A stretch of DNA of 64,000 bases from Lingula anatina (Eukaryota > Animalia > Brachiopoda): the NCBI GenBank assembly GCA_051362555.1, contig CM120644.1, positions 19,924,534 to 19,988,533 of the forward strand, read 5' to 3'. A program made the translations under genes and the position numbers. Positions 11,948 to 25,498 of this stretch are shown here, in pieces (position 1 is the first letter of the stretch; the number at the start of each line of letters is the position of its first letter). The notes beneath the pieces were generated by a model. That model was given only the letters and a program-made list of their open reading frames with translations. It did not search any database and was not told where the DNA came from.

Positions 11948-14900
11948 GGATTGATTTTTAGTAGTGTAAATTTTAAATGGTTTCCAATGAGAGTTTATGA
12001 TTAAAATATTGTAGTCATTTTAATGATTTTAGTATATTAGCCATTATTGTAAGGCGCCTTGAGATAGAATGTAAGGCGCCATATAAGAATCTTATTATTA
12101 TTATATTATTATTACCGTGATAACAACAACCCCTTCCAGAAACTCGTTGTAAGGATTGGCATTGGTAGTAAGGAGAAGTCTTGTATGGGTATATATTATT
12201 TTCCAGATGACAGTTATAGGTAATTTGCAAGCTCTTACACAAACAACCTCAAATCATCACATTTGTCGTAATACATACATAATACAGAGTAAGTAATACA
12301 TTACAATATTGAAATATTTGTTTTGGTTAATTCTCACTATTCTGATGATGAATTTCCTATAAACGTGACACTTAAAAAATAACAGAGACAGCTGATCAGC
12401 TTATCACAGATTTTTATTCTTGTTAATCATCATTTGTACAAATTTCATAAACATTGCACAGGATTTGACAAAATTATTAATGTTTAACTATTTTAAGGCC
12501 TGCAATTTGCCAGTCTTTTCAATGCAATTTTCAGTTATCCCAAATATATTGTCCCAAAAAACAATTTTCATTAAACATAGTCAACTGATCAGCTTTTCAC
12601 AGGTTTTTTTATTTGTTAATCATCATTGGTACAAATTTCATAAACATTGGACAAGATTTGACAAAATTATTAATGTTTAACTAATTTAAGGCCTGCGATT
12701 TCCCAGTCTTTTCAATGCAATTTTCAGTTTTCCCAAATATATTGTCCCCAAAAAACTCTTTTCATTAGTCACAGTCAACTGATCAGCTTATCACATATTG
12801 TTATTCTTGTTAATCATCATTTGCACAAATTTCATAAACAATGGACAAGATTTGATAAAATTATTATAGTTTAACTATTTTAAATCATTGAATTTGCCAG
12901 TCTTTTCAATGTAATTTTTAGTTTTCCTAAATATATTGTCCTTAAAAACACTATTCATTAAACACAGTTATTTGATCAGCTTATCACAGATTTTTATTGT
13001 TGTTAAGCATCATTTGTACAAATTTTAGTAATATTGGCCAAGATTTGACAAAATTATTAATGTTTAACTATTTTAAATCATTGAATTTTCCAGTCTTTTC
13101 AATGTAATTTTCAGTTCTCTCAGTATTTTTTTTCTTTTTCCAGAGTACCCTTACCATTAAAAAGCAGGCAGTGAAAGACAGCACCAAGAGCAGCACTATG
13201 TCTTATCCTTTTGAACAATACATGATATTTGGCAATTTTTGGGACATTGTCAAATAATGTGATAACAACACCCCCTCCCAGAAACCCATTGTAAGGAGTA
13301 ATCTGCATCTGGCATTGGTAGTAAGAAGTCTTGTATGGGTATATATTGTTTTCCAGATGACAGTTATAGGTTATTTGCAACCTCTTACACAAACAACCTC
13401 AATACATCACATTTGCCATTTTCTTTTAGAGTAAGTAATACATTGCAATATTGAAATATTTGATTTGGTTAATTCTCACTCTTCTGATGATGAATTTCCT
13501 ATAAACGTGACACTTAAAAATTAACAGAGACAGCTGGTCAGCTTATCACAGGTTTTTATTGTTGTTAATTATCATTTGTACAAATTTCATAAACATTGGA
13601 CAAGATTTGACAAAATTATTAATGTTTAACTATTTTAAATCATTGAATTTTCCAGTCTTTTCAATGTAATTTTCAGTTTTCCTAAATATATTGTCCCCAA
13701 AAAACACTTTTCATAAGTCACAGTCAACTGATCAGCTTATCACAGATTTTTATTCTTGTTAATCATCATTTGTACAAATTTCAGAAATATTGGACAAGAT
13801 TTGACAAAATTATTAATGTTTAACTATTTTAAGACCTGCGATTTGCCAGTCTTTTCAATGCAATTTTCAGTTTCCCCAAATATATTGTCCCCAAAAAGCA
13901 CTTTTTATTAGTCCCATTAAACTGATCAGCTTACCACAGATTTTTATATTTGTTAGTCATCATTTATACAAATTTTATAAACATTGGACAAGATTTGACA
14001 AAATTATTAATGTTTAACTATTTTAAATCATTGAATTTGCCCGTCTTTTCAATGTAATTTTCAGTTCTCTCAGTTATATTTTTTCTTTTTCCAGAGTACC
14101 CTTACCATGAAAAAGCAGGCAGTGAAAGATAGCACCAAGAGCAGCACTATGTCTTATCCATGTGTACAATACATGATATTTGGCAAGATTTAGGACATTG
14201 TCAAATAATGTGATAACAACAACCCCTCCCAGAAACCCATTGTAAGGAGTAATCTGCATCTGGCATTGGTAGTAAGGAGAAGTTTTGTATGGGTATATAT
14301 TATTTTCCAGATGACAGTTATAGGTAATTTGCAACCTCTTACACAAACAACCTCAAATCATCACATTTGTCGTAATACATATGTAATACAGAGTAAGTAA
14401 TACATTGCAATATTGAAATATTTGTTTTGGTTAATTCTCACTCTTCTGATGATGAATTTCCTATAAACGTGACACTTAAAAAATAACAGAGACAGCTGAT
14501 CAGCTTATCACAGATTTTTTTTCTTGTTAATCATCATTTGTACAAATTTCATAAACATTGCACAAGATTTGACAAAATTATTAATGTTTAACTATTTTAA
14601 ATCATTGAATTTTCCAGTCTTTTCAATGTAATTTTCAGTTTTCCTAAATATATTGTCCTTAAAACCCTATTCATTAAACACAGTTATTTGATCAGCTTAT
14701 CACAGATTTTAATTGTTGTTAAGCATCATTTGTTTAAATTTCAGAAATAATGAACAAGATTTAACAAAATTATTAATGTTTAACTATTTTAAGGCCTGTG
14801 ATTTGCCAGTTTTTCAATGCAATTTTCAGTTTTCCCAAATATAATGTCCCCAAAAAAGCTTTTCTTTAGTTACAGTCAACTGATTAGCTTATCACAGATT

Positions 14901-17900
14901 TTCATTCTTGTTAATAATCATTTGTTTAAATTTCAGAAATATTGAACAAGATTTAACAAAATTATTAATGTTTAACTATTTAAAGGCCTGAGATTTGTCA
15001 GTCTTTTCAATGTAATTTTCAGTGTTCCAAAATATATTGTCACAAAAAACACTATTCATTTGACACAGTCAACTGATCAGCTTATCACAGATTTTTATTC
15101 TTGTTAAGCATCATTTGGTCAAATTTTAGTAATATTGGCCAAGATTTGACAAAATTATTAATGTTTAACTCATTTAAATCATTGGATTTGCCCGTCTTTT
15201 CTATGTAATTTTCAGTTTTCTCAGTTATATTTTTTTCTTTTTCCAGAGTACCCTTACCATAAAAAAGCAGGCAGTGAAAGACAGCATTAAGAGCAGCACT
15301 ATGTCTTATCCATGTGTACAATACATGATATTTGGCAAGATTTATTACATTGTCAAATAATGTGATAACAACACCCCCTCCCAAAAACCCTTTGTAAGGA
15401 GTAATCTGCATCTGGCATTGGTAGTAAGGAGAAGTCTTGTATGGGTATATATTGTTTTCCAGATGACAGTTATAGGTTATTTGCAACCTCTTACACAAAC
15501 AACCTCAATACATCACATTTGCCATTTTCTTTTAGAGTAAGTAATACATTGCAATATTGAAATATTTGATTTGGTTAATTCTCACTCTTCTGATATTGAA
15601 TTTCCTATAAACGTGACACTTAAAAATTAACAGAGACAGCTGATCAGCTTATCACAGGTTTTTATTGTTGTTAATTATCATTTGTACAAATTTCATAAAC
15701 ATTGGACAAGATTTGACAAAATTATTAATGTTTAACTATTTTAAATCATTGAATTTTCCAGTCTTTTCAATGTAATTTTCAGTTTTCCTAAATATATTGT
15801 CCTTAAAACCCTATTCATTAAACACAGTTATTTGATCAGCTTATCACAGATTTTAATTGTTGTTAAGCATCATTTGTTTAAATTTCAGAAATAATGAACA
15901 AGATTTAACAAAATTATTAATGTTTAACTATTTTAAGGCCTGTGATTTGCCAGTTTTTCAATGCAATTTTCAGTTTTCCCAAATATAATGTCCCCAAAAA
16001 AGCTTTTCTTTAGTTACAGTCAACTGATTAGCTTATCACAGATTTTCATTCTTGTTAATAATCATTTGTTTAAATTTCAGAAATATTGAACAAGATTTAA
16101 CAAAATTATTAATGTTTAACTATTTAAAGGCCTGAGATTTGTCAGTCTTTTCAATGTAATTTTCAGTGTTCCAAAATATATTTTCACAAAAAACACTATT
16201 CATTAGACACAGTCAACTGAACAGCTTATCACAGATTTTTATTCTTGTTAAGCATCATTTGGTCAAAATTTAGTAATATTGGCCAAGATTTGACAAAATT
16301 ATTAATGTTTAACTAATTTAAATCATTGGATATGCCCTCTTTTCTATGTAATTTTCAGTTTTCTCAGTTATATTTTTTTCTTTTTCCAGAGTACCCTTAC
16401 CATGAAAAAGCAGGCAGTGAAAGACAGCACCAAGAGCAGCACTATGTCTTATCCATGTGTACAATACATGATATTTGGCAAGATTTAGGACATTGTCAAA
16501 TAATGTGATAACAACACCCCCTCCCAGAAACCCATTGTAAGGAGTAATCTGCATCTGGCATTGGTAGTAAGGAGAAGTCTTGTATGGGTATATATTGTTT
16601 TCCAGATGACAGTTATAGGTAATTTGCAACCTCTTACACAAACAACTTCAATACATCACATTTGCCATTTTCTTTTAGAGTAAGTAATACACTGCAATAT
16701 TGAAATATTTGTTTTGGTTAATTCTCACTCTTCTGATGATGAATTTCCTATAAACGTGACACTTAAAAATTCACAGAGACAGCTGATCAGCTTATCACAG
16801 GTTTTTATTGTTGTTAATCATCATTTGTACAAATTTCATAAACATTGGACAAGATTTGACAAAATTATTAATGTTTAACTATTTTAAGGCCTGCGATTTG
16901 CCAGTTTTTTTCATTTCAATTTTCAGTTGTCCCAAATATATTGTCCTTAAAAACACTATTCATTTGTCACAGTCAACTGATCAGCTCATTACAGATTTTA
17001 ATTGTTGTAAATTATAAATTGTACAAATTTCATAAACATTGGACAAGATTTGACAAAATTATTAATGTTTAACTATTTTAAATCATTGAATTTTCCAGTC
17101 TTTTCAATGTAATTTTCAGTTTTCCTAAATATATTGTCCTTAAAACACTATTCATTAAACACAGTTATTTGATCAGCTTATCACAGATTTTAATTGTTGT
17201 AAAGCATCATTTGTTTAAATTTCAGAAATATTGAACAAGATTTAACAAAATTATTAATGTTTAACTATTTAAAGGCCTGAGATTTGTCAGTCTTTTCAAT
17301 GTAATTTTCAGTTTTCCCAAATATAATGTCCCCAAAAAAGCTTTTCTTTAGTCACAGTCAACTGATTAGCTTATCACAGATTTTCATTCTTGTAAATAAT
17401 CATTTGTTTAAATTTCAGAAATATTGAACAAGATTTAACAAAATTATTAATGTTTAACTATTTAAAGGCCTGAGATTTGTCAGTCTTTTCAATGTAATTT
17501 TCAGTGTTCCAAAATATATTTTCACAAAAACACTATTCAGTAGATACAGTCAACTGATCAGCTTATCACAGGTTTTTAATGTTGTTGAGCATCATTTGTA
17601 CAAATTTCAAAAATATTGGACAAGATTTGACAAAATTAATAACGTTTAACTATTTTAAGTCCTGCGATTTCCCAGTCTTTTCAATGTAATTTTTAGTTTT
17701 CCCAAATATATTGTCCTTAAAAACACTTTTCAGTACATACAGTCAACTGATCAGCTTATCACAGATTTTTAATGTTGTTGAGCATCATTTGTACAAATTT
17801 GAGAAATATTGGACAAGATTTGACAAAATTATTAGCGTTTAACTATTTTAAAGCCTGTGATTTCCTAGTCTTTTCTATGTAATTTTTAGTTTTCCCAAAT

Positions 17901-18975
17901 ATATTGTCCTAAAAACACTATTCATTAGACACAGTCAACTGATCAGCTTATCACAGATTTTAATTGTTGTTAAGCATCATTTGTACAAATTTCAGAAATA
18001 TTGGACTACATTTGACAAAATTATTAACATTTAACTATTTTAAGTCACTGAACTTCCATTCTTTTCAATGTAATTTTCAGTTCTTTCAGTTATATTGTTC
18101 TTGTTCCAGAGTACCCTTACCATGAAAAAGCAGGCAGTGAAAGACAGCACCAAGAGCAGCACTATGTCTTATCCATGTGTACAATACATGATATTTGGCA
18201 AGATTTAGGACATTGTCAACTATTGTGATAAGAACAACCCCTTCCAGAATCCCATTGTAAGGAGTAATCTGCATCTGGCATTGGTAGTAAGGAGAAGTCT
18301 TGTATGAGTATATATTGTTTCCAGATGACAGTTATAGGTAATTTGCAACCTCTTAAACAAATAACCTCAAATCATGACATTTGCTGTTTTCTTTTAGAGT
18401 AAATAATACATTGCAATATTGAAATATGTTTTGGTTAATTCTCACTCCTCTGATGATCAATTTCCCATAAACTTGACACTTAAAAGAAGACAGACAACTG
18501 ATCAGCTTATCCCAGATTTTTATTGTTGTTAAGCATCATTTGTACAGATTTCAGAAACATTGGACAATTTTTTTAAAAAATTATTAACGTTTAACTATTT
18601 TAAGTCATGGAATTTTGCATTGTTGATTTTCAGTATAATATTCAGTTTTCTAAAAAAATATTATTATCCGAAGACAAGACTTTTCATTAGTCACAGTCAA
18701 ATGATCAGCTTATCACAGATTTTTATTGTTGTTATGCATCATTTGTACTAGTTTCAGAAATATTGGACTAGATTTCACAAAATTATTAACGTTTAACTTT
18801 TTTATGGCCTGGGATTTCCCAGTCTTTTCAATGTAATTTTCAGTTTTACCAAATATATTGTTTCAAAAAGATCTTTTCATTAGTCACAGTCAACAGCTTA
18901 CCATAGATTTTTATCTTTGTTAAGCATCATTTGTACAAATTTCATAAATATTGGTGAAGATTTGACAAAATTATA
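10270..18975. repeat. Higher-order satellite: ~193-bp AT-rich monomers in variable number, alternating with a ~400-bp exon-bearing spacer
   Basis: CTGATCAGCTTATCACAGATTTTTATT recurs every ~193 bp (12392, 12585, 12779, 12973...). Spacer copies start at ~13143, 14094, 15246, 16390 and 18109, plus one copy split by the LINE (10711-10800/12115-12190). Confidence 0.92.
10801..12114 (+). mobile_element. 5'-truncated non-LTR retrotransposon (CR1/L2-group LINE): C-terminal RT portion plus 3' UTR
   Basis: Open frame to 11887 with GVPQGSVLGPILFSLY, FADDTQVY, LNDSKTE, SRLDYCNSLL and HITPILKELHWLPV. The 3' end has a GGCGCC...GGCGCC hairpin region and a (TTA)n tail. It is inserted within a satellite spacer (GGACATTGTCAAA | GTGATAACAAC). 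Confidence 0.92.
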
Positions 18976-19288
18976 TATTATATTTGTATTTTGGTTCGTT
19001 TGCAAAGTCGTCTTTAGAAAATTCGTACATTTTTTCAAGTACATACACCGTTAAAAGCTCTTTTACTTTTTAAAATTCTCCCTTTGAATGACTTAGTATT
19101 TTAGGCTGGTTTCTTATAATCATCAAAAATATTTACAAAAAATACATCTTAATTTTAGATTAACTTTTTGGATTGAAAAGTACCATAGATCACAGCGATT
19201 GTCCCAAGAGAGGATTGAAGATTAACCCCATAGGATCCAGTTAATGCTGACCCATAAAGCTCTGCTGTGCCCAATTAATTCTGTGAGC

Positions 19289-19662
19289 TAGCCTTGAAAA
19301 GCCGGGTCACCTTAGTAAATTGGTCATAATTTATTTGTTAGACTTTATTACCCATACAAAGTATACATTTTTAAAAAGCCAATATTTCAGGCTAAATGAA
19401 AATAGAATTACATTTAAATTTTACATGCAGTATCAAAAGTTATAGCCGGTTAAAAACTACATTTTCATTTGGTAATGGGTAAAATAAAACAAAGTTGATT
19501 TATCTTCTGCACATCAATTTTTTATTTCTACATACATTTGCCTGAAAATTCACAGGGATGATGTCAATTATAGTAATTTTCAATCCAGGAAATTTCAGCA
19601 AATTATCTCTATCAATTTTCAAGTTATGATCGTTTTGCTATCAGGTATACCAGCTTTTCAGC
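19289..19662. mobile_element. Probable old MITE with imperfect TIRs
   Basis: TAGCCTTGAAAAGCCGGGTCACCT resembles the reverse complement of AGGTATACCAGCTTTTCAGCTA. Confidence 0.4.
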
Positions 19663-19961
19663 TAACCTGAACATCGTGGCCAGAGCTAAATAGAAGTCAA
19701 ATTTTTTCACCACCTATGACAAAAACATCTTTAAAACTTATATCATGAATAAAGAAGTTAAGCCATCTTAGATGATATCAAGTGCATCTTAGAAAATAAG
19801 TTATTAAGTATCAGCATTTTCTTAAAAGCACATAAGGAATAATCTTTGCAGCATTTTTTAAATATTAATTTGATATTTATTACAAGTCCAAGTCTTGATC
19901 TTTTAGTAATGATATCAAACAATTCCCCTGCATATTGAAATAGTTGTTGCTATGATTTCAG

Positions 19962-20579
19962 TATGAGCAAGGCCCTGCATTCCAGTGGTGGAGACGAGTT
20001 CAGACTGGGGCACCTGCAGGAACGATGGCTCACCATGGAGAAAATGTTGTGGCCATCAGCATGCCAGACTTTATATATGACAGCTCTGTGGCACAGAATG
20101 GGGTAAACATAGTCACATATTGTATAGAAATGTGATCAGTAAATGATTTGAGGGTTGATTTGGATACTCAGTTGAGACAAAAGACAGAAGATTTGGAACT
20201 TTGAAGTTTTCAGTATTTTGCATATATAGTAGAAAAGCATGTATATAGCTTCATCTTTTTTTTATTTTTTGTTTGTTTGTTTTTTACCAATTGCCCATGA
20301 AAGCATTTTATATTTATGCTTCGTAGCTGGAAGTTTTCTTTTTATTCATTGGTTTAAAATGCTCATCCTTTTTCTCATAGGATGCAATGGAACCAGAGTA
20401 CATCAAAACAGAATTTTGAAGACCACAACAAACCGACCAACTTCTCCAACCCATTGTATGGCAATATGACAGGATTAGAACTTGTTAAACCTCCTAACAA
20501 AGGACATGACCAGCTCCACTCACTCCAATGGGGTAGCAGACAACCAGTCATCAGAGATCACAGTCCATATACCACATAA
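19962..20579 (+). pseudogene. Two terminal exons (19962-20102, 20381-20579) resembling an LDL-receptor-related protein cytoplasmic tail; probably decayed
   Basis: AG/GT-flanked exons. The last exon encodes FEDHNKPTNFSNPLYGNM, similar to the LRP1 distal DKPTNFTNPVY motif. AATAAA at ~20977. The best-looking segments of the two exons are in different frames. Confidence 0.5.
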
Positions 20580-23348
20580 ATAACTCTGTTCTTCAGATAG
20601 AAAAACAATTACGACACTGATGTTTTAGTCACTAATACAGATTTATGAGACTAAAGATTTTTTTTACCATAAGAATTCTTGATGATCGTTCCAAGGCTTG
20701 GGAGGGAATACATCTCACAGCAAGCAGATTAGATGTTTGTAGTTATGATGAAACTTTATTATGAAGTGATACCGGGTATATCAAACCCATACAAAATATT
20801 TGTTCTTGTGAAACAACTCAATGGATTTAATGTGAAGATTCCATATGAAAACTTTACAGTTTGTTTTGATACATTATCCTAGAAATACATCTTTTGATTT
20901 AAAGATGCTTGTGAAAGAGTATTTTTTTTTAGTACATTCATGTCAATATTATGTATGTTCTTCATTATTTCACTGTAATAAAGGATGTTTTTCAAGAAAA
21001 AATGTGTGTTAAATTGTTTCTCTTTTTCTCTGATCTTTTTCTTTTCACTTAAATTTTAAGAAAGAAGACTAAAATAATTTTTGTGAAAAAATGGAATAAT
21101 ATTAATAAGCAGATATTCCTATTTAAAATATACAAGTATATAAATTTTGATTACCTCCAAATTAATGGATTATGATTTCTTGTATGAAATGCTTTGCTGA
21201 AGGATTGTCTGTATAATTAAATAGTTTTTTTGATGATAACAGACAACTGCCCATGTTTTTCATTTAAATTTCTGCTATGTGTCTGCTCCAATCAGTTTAC
21301 CTCAAATGATATCCAAAACTTTTAAATATAATACTTATTTCATCATTTTTTATTTCTTCGTGTGATGAGCCCTCTTTTCCTTTTTAATAAATCTTTATAT
21401 TTTTTTTTTCAAATTCGCCTGCAGTACTTTTAAATGACCCCCAAACTGTCACTTGCTAAACGTCTTTCCATTTACCAAAGAATCAAACTAGATCAGAATT
21501 TCAGCAACATTTTTTCATTATTTGTCATGTTTTTCTATTCATTCTTTGCTGAATTTTCTCACTTAAAAAAATCTAAAAGCTTTTCCTTAAAATTTCCACT
21601 GTAACTTCACTAACTAGCATTTATTTCAGACACAAGTACAATATTTTATCAGTGTTTGGCCATTTCTGCTCATTTTCATTTACTTCCTTCTTTTTTTTCT
21701 TTTCTTTTTTTTTCGTTTTTGTATTTTTCGGTACGTCATGCTGATTGCCGCATAGTTTAAGACCAGGTTTACCAATTAGGGAGGAGGGTCGATCCCCAAA
21801 GTGCAATTTTGGTTGATTCTTTTTTTTTCTGGGAAACACTTTCCTGGTATTTCCGGCGTGCCCCCCCCCCCTTTTTTTTCCTACTGTTTTCGTATTTTTC
21901 TGTGCTCAAAGGTAACATGGCTGTTAATTGTAGGCCAAAACAAACCTTTTTTTACATTTTATTTTTCTAAAGAATATCAATAAAGGAATTTTAATGCACT
22001 TCTCTTGGTACTTTAGTTCTTAGTACAAGATCATTCTTTATAAATGCAGAACCAAGTTGATTATTAATATCTACCGGGGCTCTCGTCCAAAAGACCTACT
22101 CAGCCTTCCAGCTGTTACAAAATTCATCCGAAGGGCGATTCGAGCAATGATTTATAATGAGAAGGAAATTGTTTTATTTCTTGGAGGAAATTACATTTGG
22201 TAGCTTCAAATCTATACTATTTTTATCAAATAAAAAAAAAATTGAAGATAGCTTAGATGATCAATATCACCGCTATTTGAAATCTCTGATGTGGACATCA
22301 CTTCCGGACAGCCTTATATTACCACAGGCAATCTAATTTGCATATAAGAGAAAAATGCATTCTTTTTCTGTTTTTGAGATGTATACAGTTTTTCTTTCAT
22401 TTTCGTAAATAGCAAGTCCCACTACACTCATAAATTCCAATCATTTCATCGACATGCCCTGTTAATTAATTCATTTATATTAATTATAAAACTTCATATC
22501 ACAGACGTGAATCACGTTATCACGTCCAAGTCATAACATTGTTAAACTAGCGCCAATAACTGCAGTGGAGAATGTAGGTCAATTGCCTGTACAATTCTCC
22601 CATAGCATTATTGATTTTTTCTGGTGTGGAACATTTTAGGGAGAGACGGACGATAGAGAGAGGTATCCATTTGAACCGCAAAATAAAAAGAGAGAGCGGA
22701 GCTGTTATAATCAGAGTCTATTATGCTTTTTGAGAAGAGTGTAAAAATAGCCCACTTTTCCAGTTTCACTGTGTAGCACTTTGCAGATAACATGATAATT
22801 CTCTATGCCATCTGTCTCTCCCTAACAATTTGTTGATCACGTTAACTGTTCAACTCCCGACAGAAGATGAACCTGCCAACGATAGTTTTGATACACAGGT
22901 GTAGGAGCCGCACCCTGAACTTCAGATCTTAATAGCAATTAACCCTTGCCGTTTCAAGTAACTGGAAACGACAAGGGTATGCCATAGTGTAGATGTTTAT
23001 TTCAAGTTATCTCTGAAGCTCAGGGTGAGGAGCCGGAATAGGGCGAGAGGGGAGGAGGGGGGGGGCTTAACCCTTTCACAACCAACTGCGTCACCCCTGA
23101 GCAGTGGGGCGAATGTGTTCCCTCAGCACTAACCAGTCAATTTATTTAAGAATCATTCACTGTTATTATTATTAATAACTGAAAATTATTCCGAGTTTTT
23201 TATTTGAAAACTATTTAATGAAACGTAAACAGAACCATAGAAAATATCTGGTTGAAATTATTTTCCTATTTTTAAATATACGTTCACAAATGAAAACGAA
23301 TAAAATCCAATAAAACATACATGTGTTTGCACTGACCGAGAACCTATC

Positions 23349-23604
23349 CAGTGGCAGATTTAGAGGGGGGGTCAAGGGGGTCCTGACCCCCCCTTCTTCG
23401 ATTTCTGTTACCCTCTAGAAATTAGAATTTTGACTAGCTGAATCATGGTTCTAAACCATACCAAATGGCACCTTTCGCCCTCTTAAATACCAATTTTTTT
23501 CAGGGCTCTTCATCGGGCCCCGAACCCCACGCCAAGTTGGGGGATGGGGGGTCGGCTTTGCATCCGCGGACCCCCCCCTTCAGATAATTCTGGATCCGCC
23601 CCTG
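23349..23604. mobile_element. Small hAT-like MITE
   Basis: Ends CAGTGGCAGATTTAGAGGGGG...TCTGGATCCGCCCCTG; flanks CTATC/CTAGC could be a degenerate 5-bp TSD. Confidence 0.55.
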
Positions 23605-24207
23605 CTAGCCAACTGATTTCCAATTTATTGGAATAGGGGCGGATCCAGATATTTTTTTTCTGACAGTCTTCTAAATTATCTTTGTTGATGCATCCTCTAT
23701 TTTTGACCGTCTTCGGACAGAAAAAATTAGATACCCGTCAATGTCAACTCGAAAATCTGACCGTCTTCCGGAAAACCCAGAAGTCGGCCTCAATCTACCC
23801 CTGCATTCTCCACCCGAAACAAATTTTCTCAATTCAGGACTTTTATTTAAAAAGAAATGATTTATTGTATGAAATGAATGACTTCGTTATCTTTAAGTAA
23901 AAGCTACTCATGAACTAAGAAAGACCTATCTTTTGAAATTCCTCCTTCCCCCGCCCCCTCTTTCTACTACTACCATTCAAACAAACCGCTTTCAGCTCTT
24001 TGTGTGTAGTGTGCGTCACAAGTTTTCACTTATTAAAATACATATTTGAAAATAACATAATGTAAATAACATGTTTTAAAATATGGGAGAGCAAAAATAA
24101 TACGGACCATGTTACTACAGTTACTGACAAGGCAACCAGATGATGTCGCTTGATGAGTGGATTGTTCCTTGTTATCAGCAATTTTTGCTTGTTTCTTTGT
24201 CGGAGAT

Positions 24208-24223
24208 AAAAAAACCGTTAAAA
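24208..24223 (-). terminator. RNA polymerase III oligo-T terminator of tRNA-Gly
   Basis: T4 and T7 runs on the minus strand within ~25 nt downstream of the tRNA. Confidence 0.7.
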
Positions 24224-24229
24224 CATTTT

Positions 24230-24300
24230 TGCATCGGCCGGGAATCGAACCCGGGCCGCCCGCGTGGCAGGCGAGCATTCTACCACTGAACCACCGATGC
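24230..24300 (-). tRNA. tRNA-Gly-GCC: tRNA-Gly (anticodon GCC)
   Basis: GCATCGGTGGTTCAGTGGTAGAATGCTCGCCTGCCACGCGGGCGGCCCGGGTTCGATTCCCGGCCGATGCA folds as a canonical cloverleaf with intact A and B boxes. Confidence 0.98.
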
Positions 24301-24580
24301 TTGATATCTAATTTTTTTCCCTCCCCCCCCCCCCCCCTCATCCCGCCTCTCCCCCATTCCCTTCAAACCGCGGTGTTCAACGGTTGTCAAAAGCCTGGGT
24401 CCGGTTGGGCAACACTTTAAAGATATCACAAGATATTAAAGACTGAGTAACCAATGTTTCTTTTATTTTAAATATCAATAAACATACTTATTTCCGTGGA
24501 ATGCAGTGATTTACATAATCACAGGTAGTCGTATCTCTGCCATGGCCACTCATAGATGTGCGTGATGACAATGATTACTG

Positions 24581-25486
24581 GTATGGGCGGCCAAAAGGGC
24601 AAAAATTCATGTCGTCGATTCAGTTATGTTTCGTCGATTCACTGCCTTCCCATCGATTCAGTTTCAAGTTTAAACGATCCTGTCATAAATTCAACATCTA
24701 CTTTCGTCAATTCAATTGTCAAACATTTCTCATCTATGGTGTATTAAAACCAATGCTGTCACTATTTTCGTCGATCGTGTAACTAATCTCGTCGATCGTC
24801 AAACTGTTTTCGTCGATCGTGTAACTATTCTCGTCGATCGTCTAATCTCGTCGATCGTGTAACTATTCTCATCGATCGTCTCATCGATCGATCGCCAGAG
24901 GGCGCTGCGGTAGCAACACGTGCTTCTGTCTGTCAATCACGCGGTAATTTTTAACTCGGCCAGCCATGGTCAGAGTTAAGCACAACTAGAAAATAATGTC
25001 CCTACAACCGAATATCTTTTAATTATTAACAACTAAAATTGAAATTGTTGAGAAAATGTTCTTATTTCACTAGCATTCATTTTGTTGTCTGCCATTTTGA
25101 TAGTCATGTGATAGGCCAATGTGCTACCGCAGCGCCCTCTGGCGATCGATCGATGAGACGATCGACGAGAACAGACGATCGATGAGAATAGTTACACGAT
25201 CGACGAGATTCGACGATCGATGAGAATAGTTACACGATCGACGAGATTAGTTGGACGATCGACGAGAATAGTTACACGATCGACGAAAATAGTGACAGCA
25301 TTGGTTTTAATACACCGTAATACGTAGATGAGAAATGTTTGACAGTTGAATTGACGAAAGTAGGCCTAGATGTTGAATTTATGACAGGATCGTTTAAACT
25401 TGAAACTGAATCGATGGGAAGGCAGTGAATCGACGAAACATAACTGAATCGATGTCAGGATTTTTTGCCCTTTTGGCCGCCCATAC
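24581..25486. mobile_element. Foldback MITE (906 bp) with 4-bp TSD ACTG; superfamily unassigned
   Basis: Long inverted arms GTATGGGCGGCCAAAAGGGCAAAAA...TTTTTGCCCTTTTGGCCGCCCATAC with internal TCGTCGATCG arrays. ACTG at 24577-24580 and 25487-25490. Confidence 0.88.
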
Positions 25487-25498
25487 ACTGGCACACGG

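Noticed and set aside
12015-18274. Repeated minus-strand ORFs MCKRLQITYNCHLENN...
   Set aside because: They are antisense readings of the satellite spacer with non-ATG starts, variable ends and no domain signature.
24033-24420. ORFs overlapping the tRNA
   Set aside because: These are spurious translations of the tRNA gene and its flanks.
24490-24580. After removing the MITE, the YR frame continues *SLSSRTSMSGHGRDTTTCDY, mimicking the XerC-type GHxxxxTTxxY catalytic motif
   Set aside because: It follows an in-frame TAA, does not resemble the DIRS-type GxWxS...Y terminus, and lies in a separate palindromic repeat. Most likely a coincidence.
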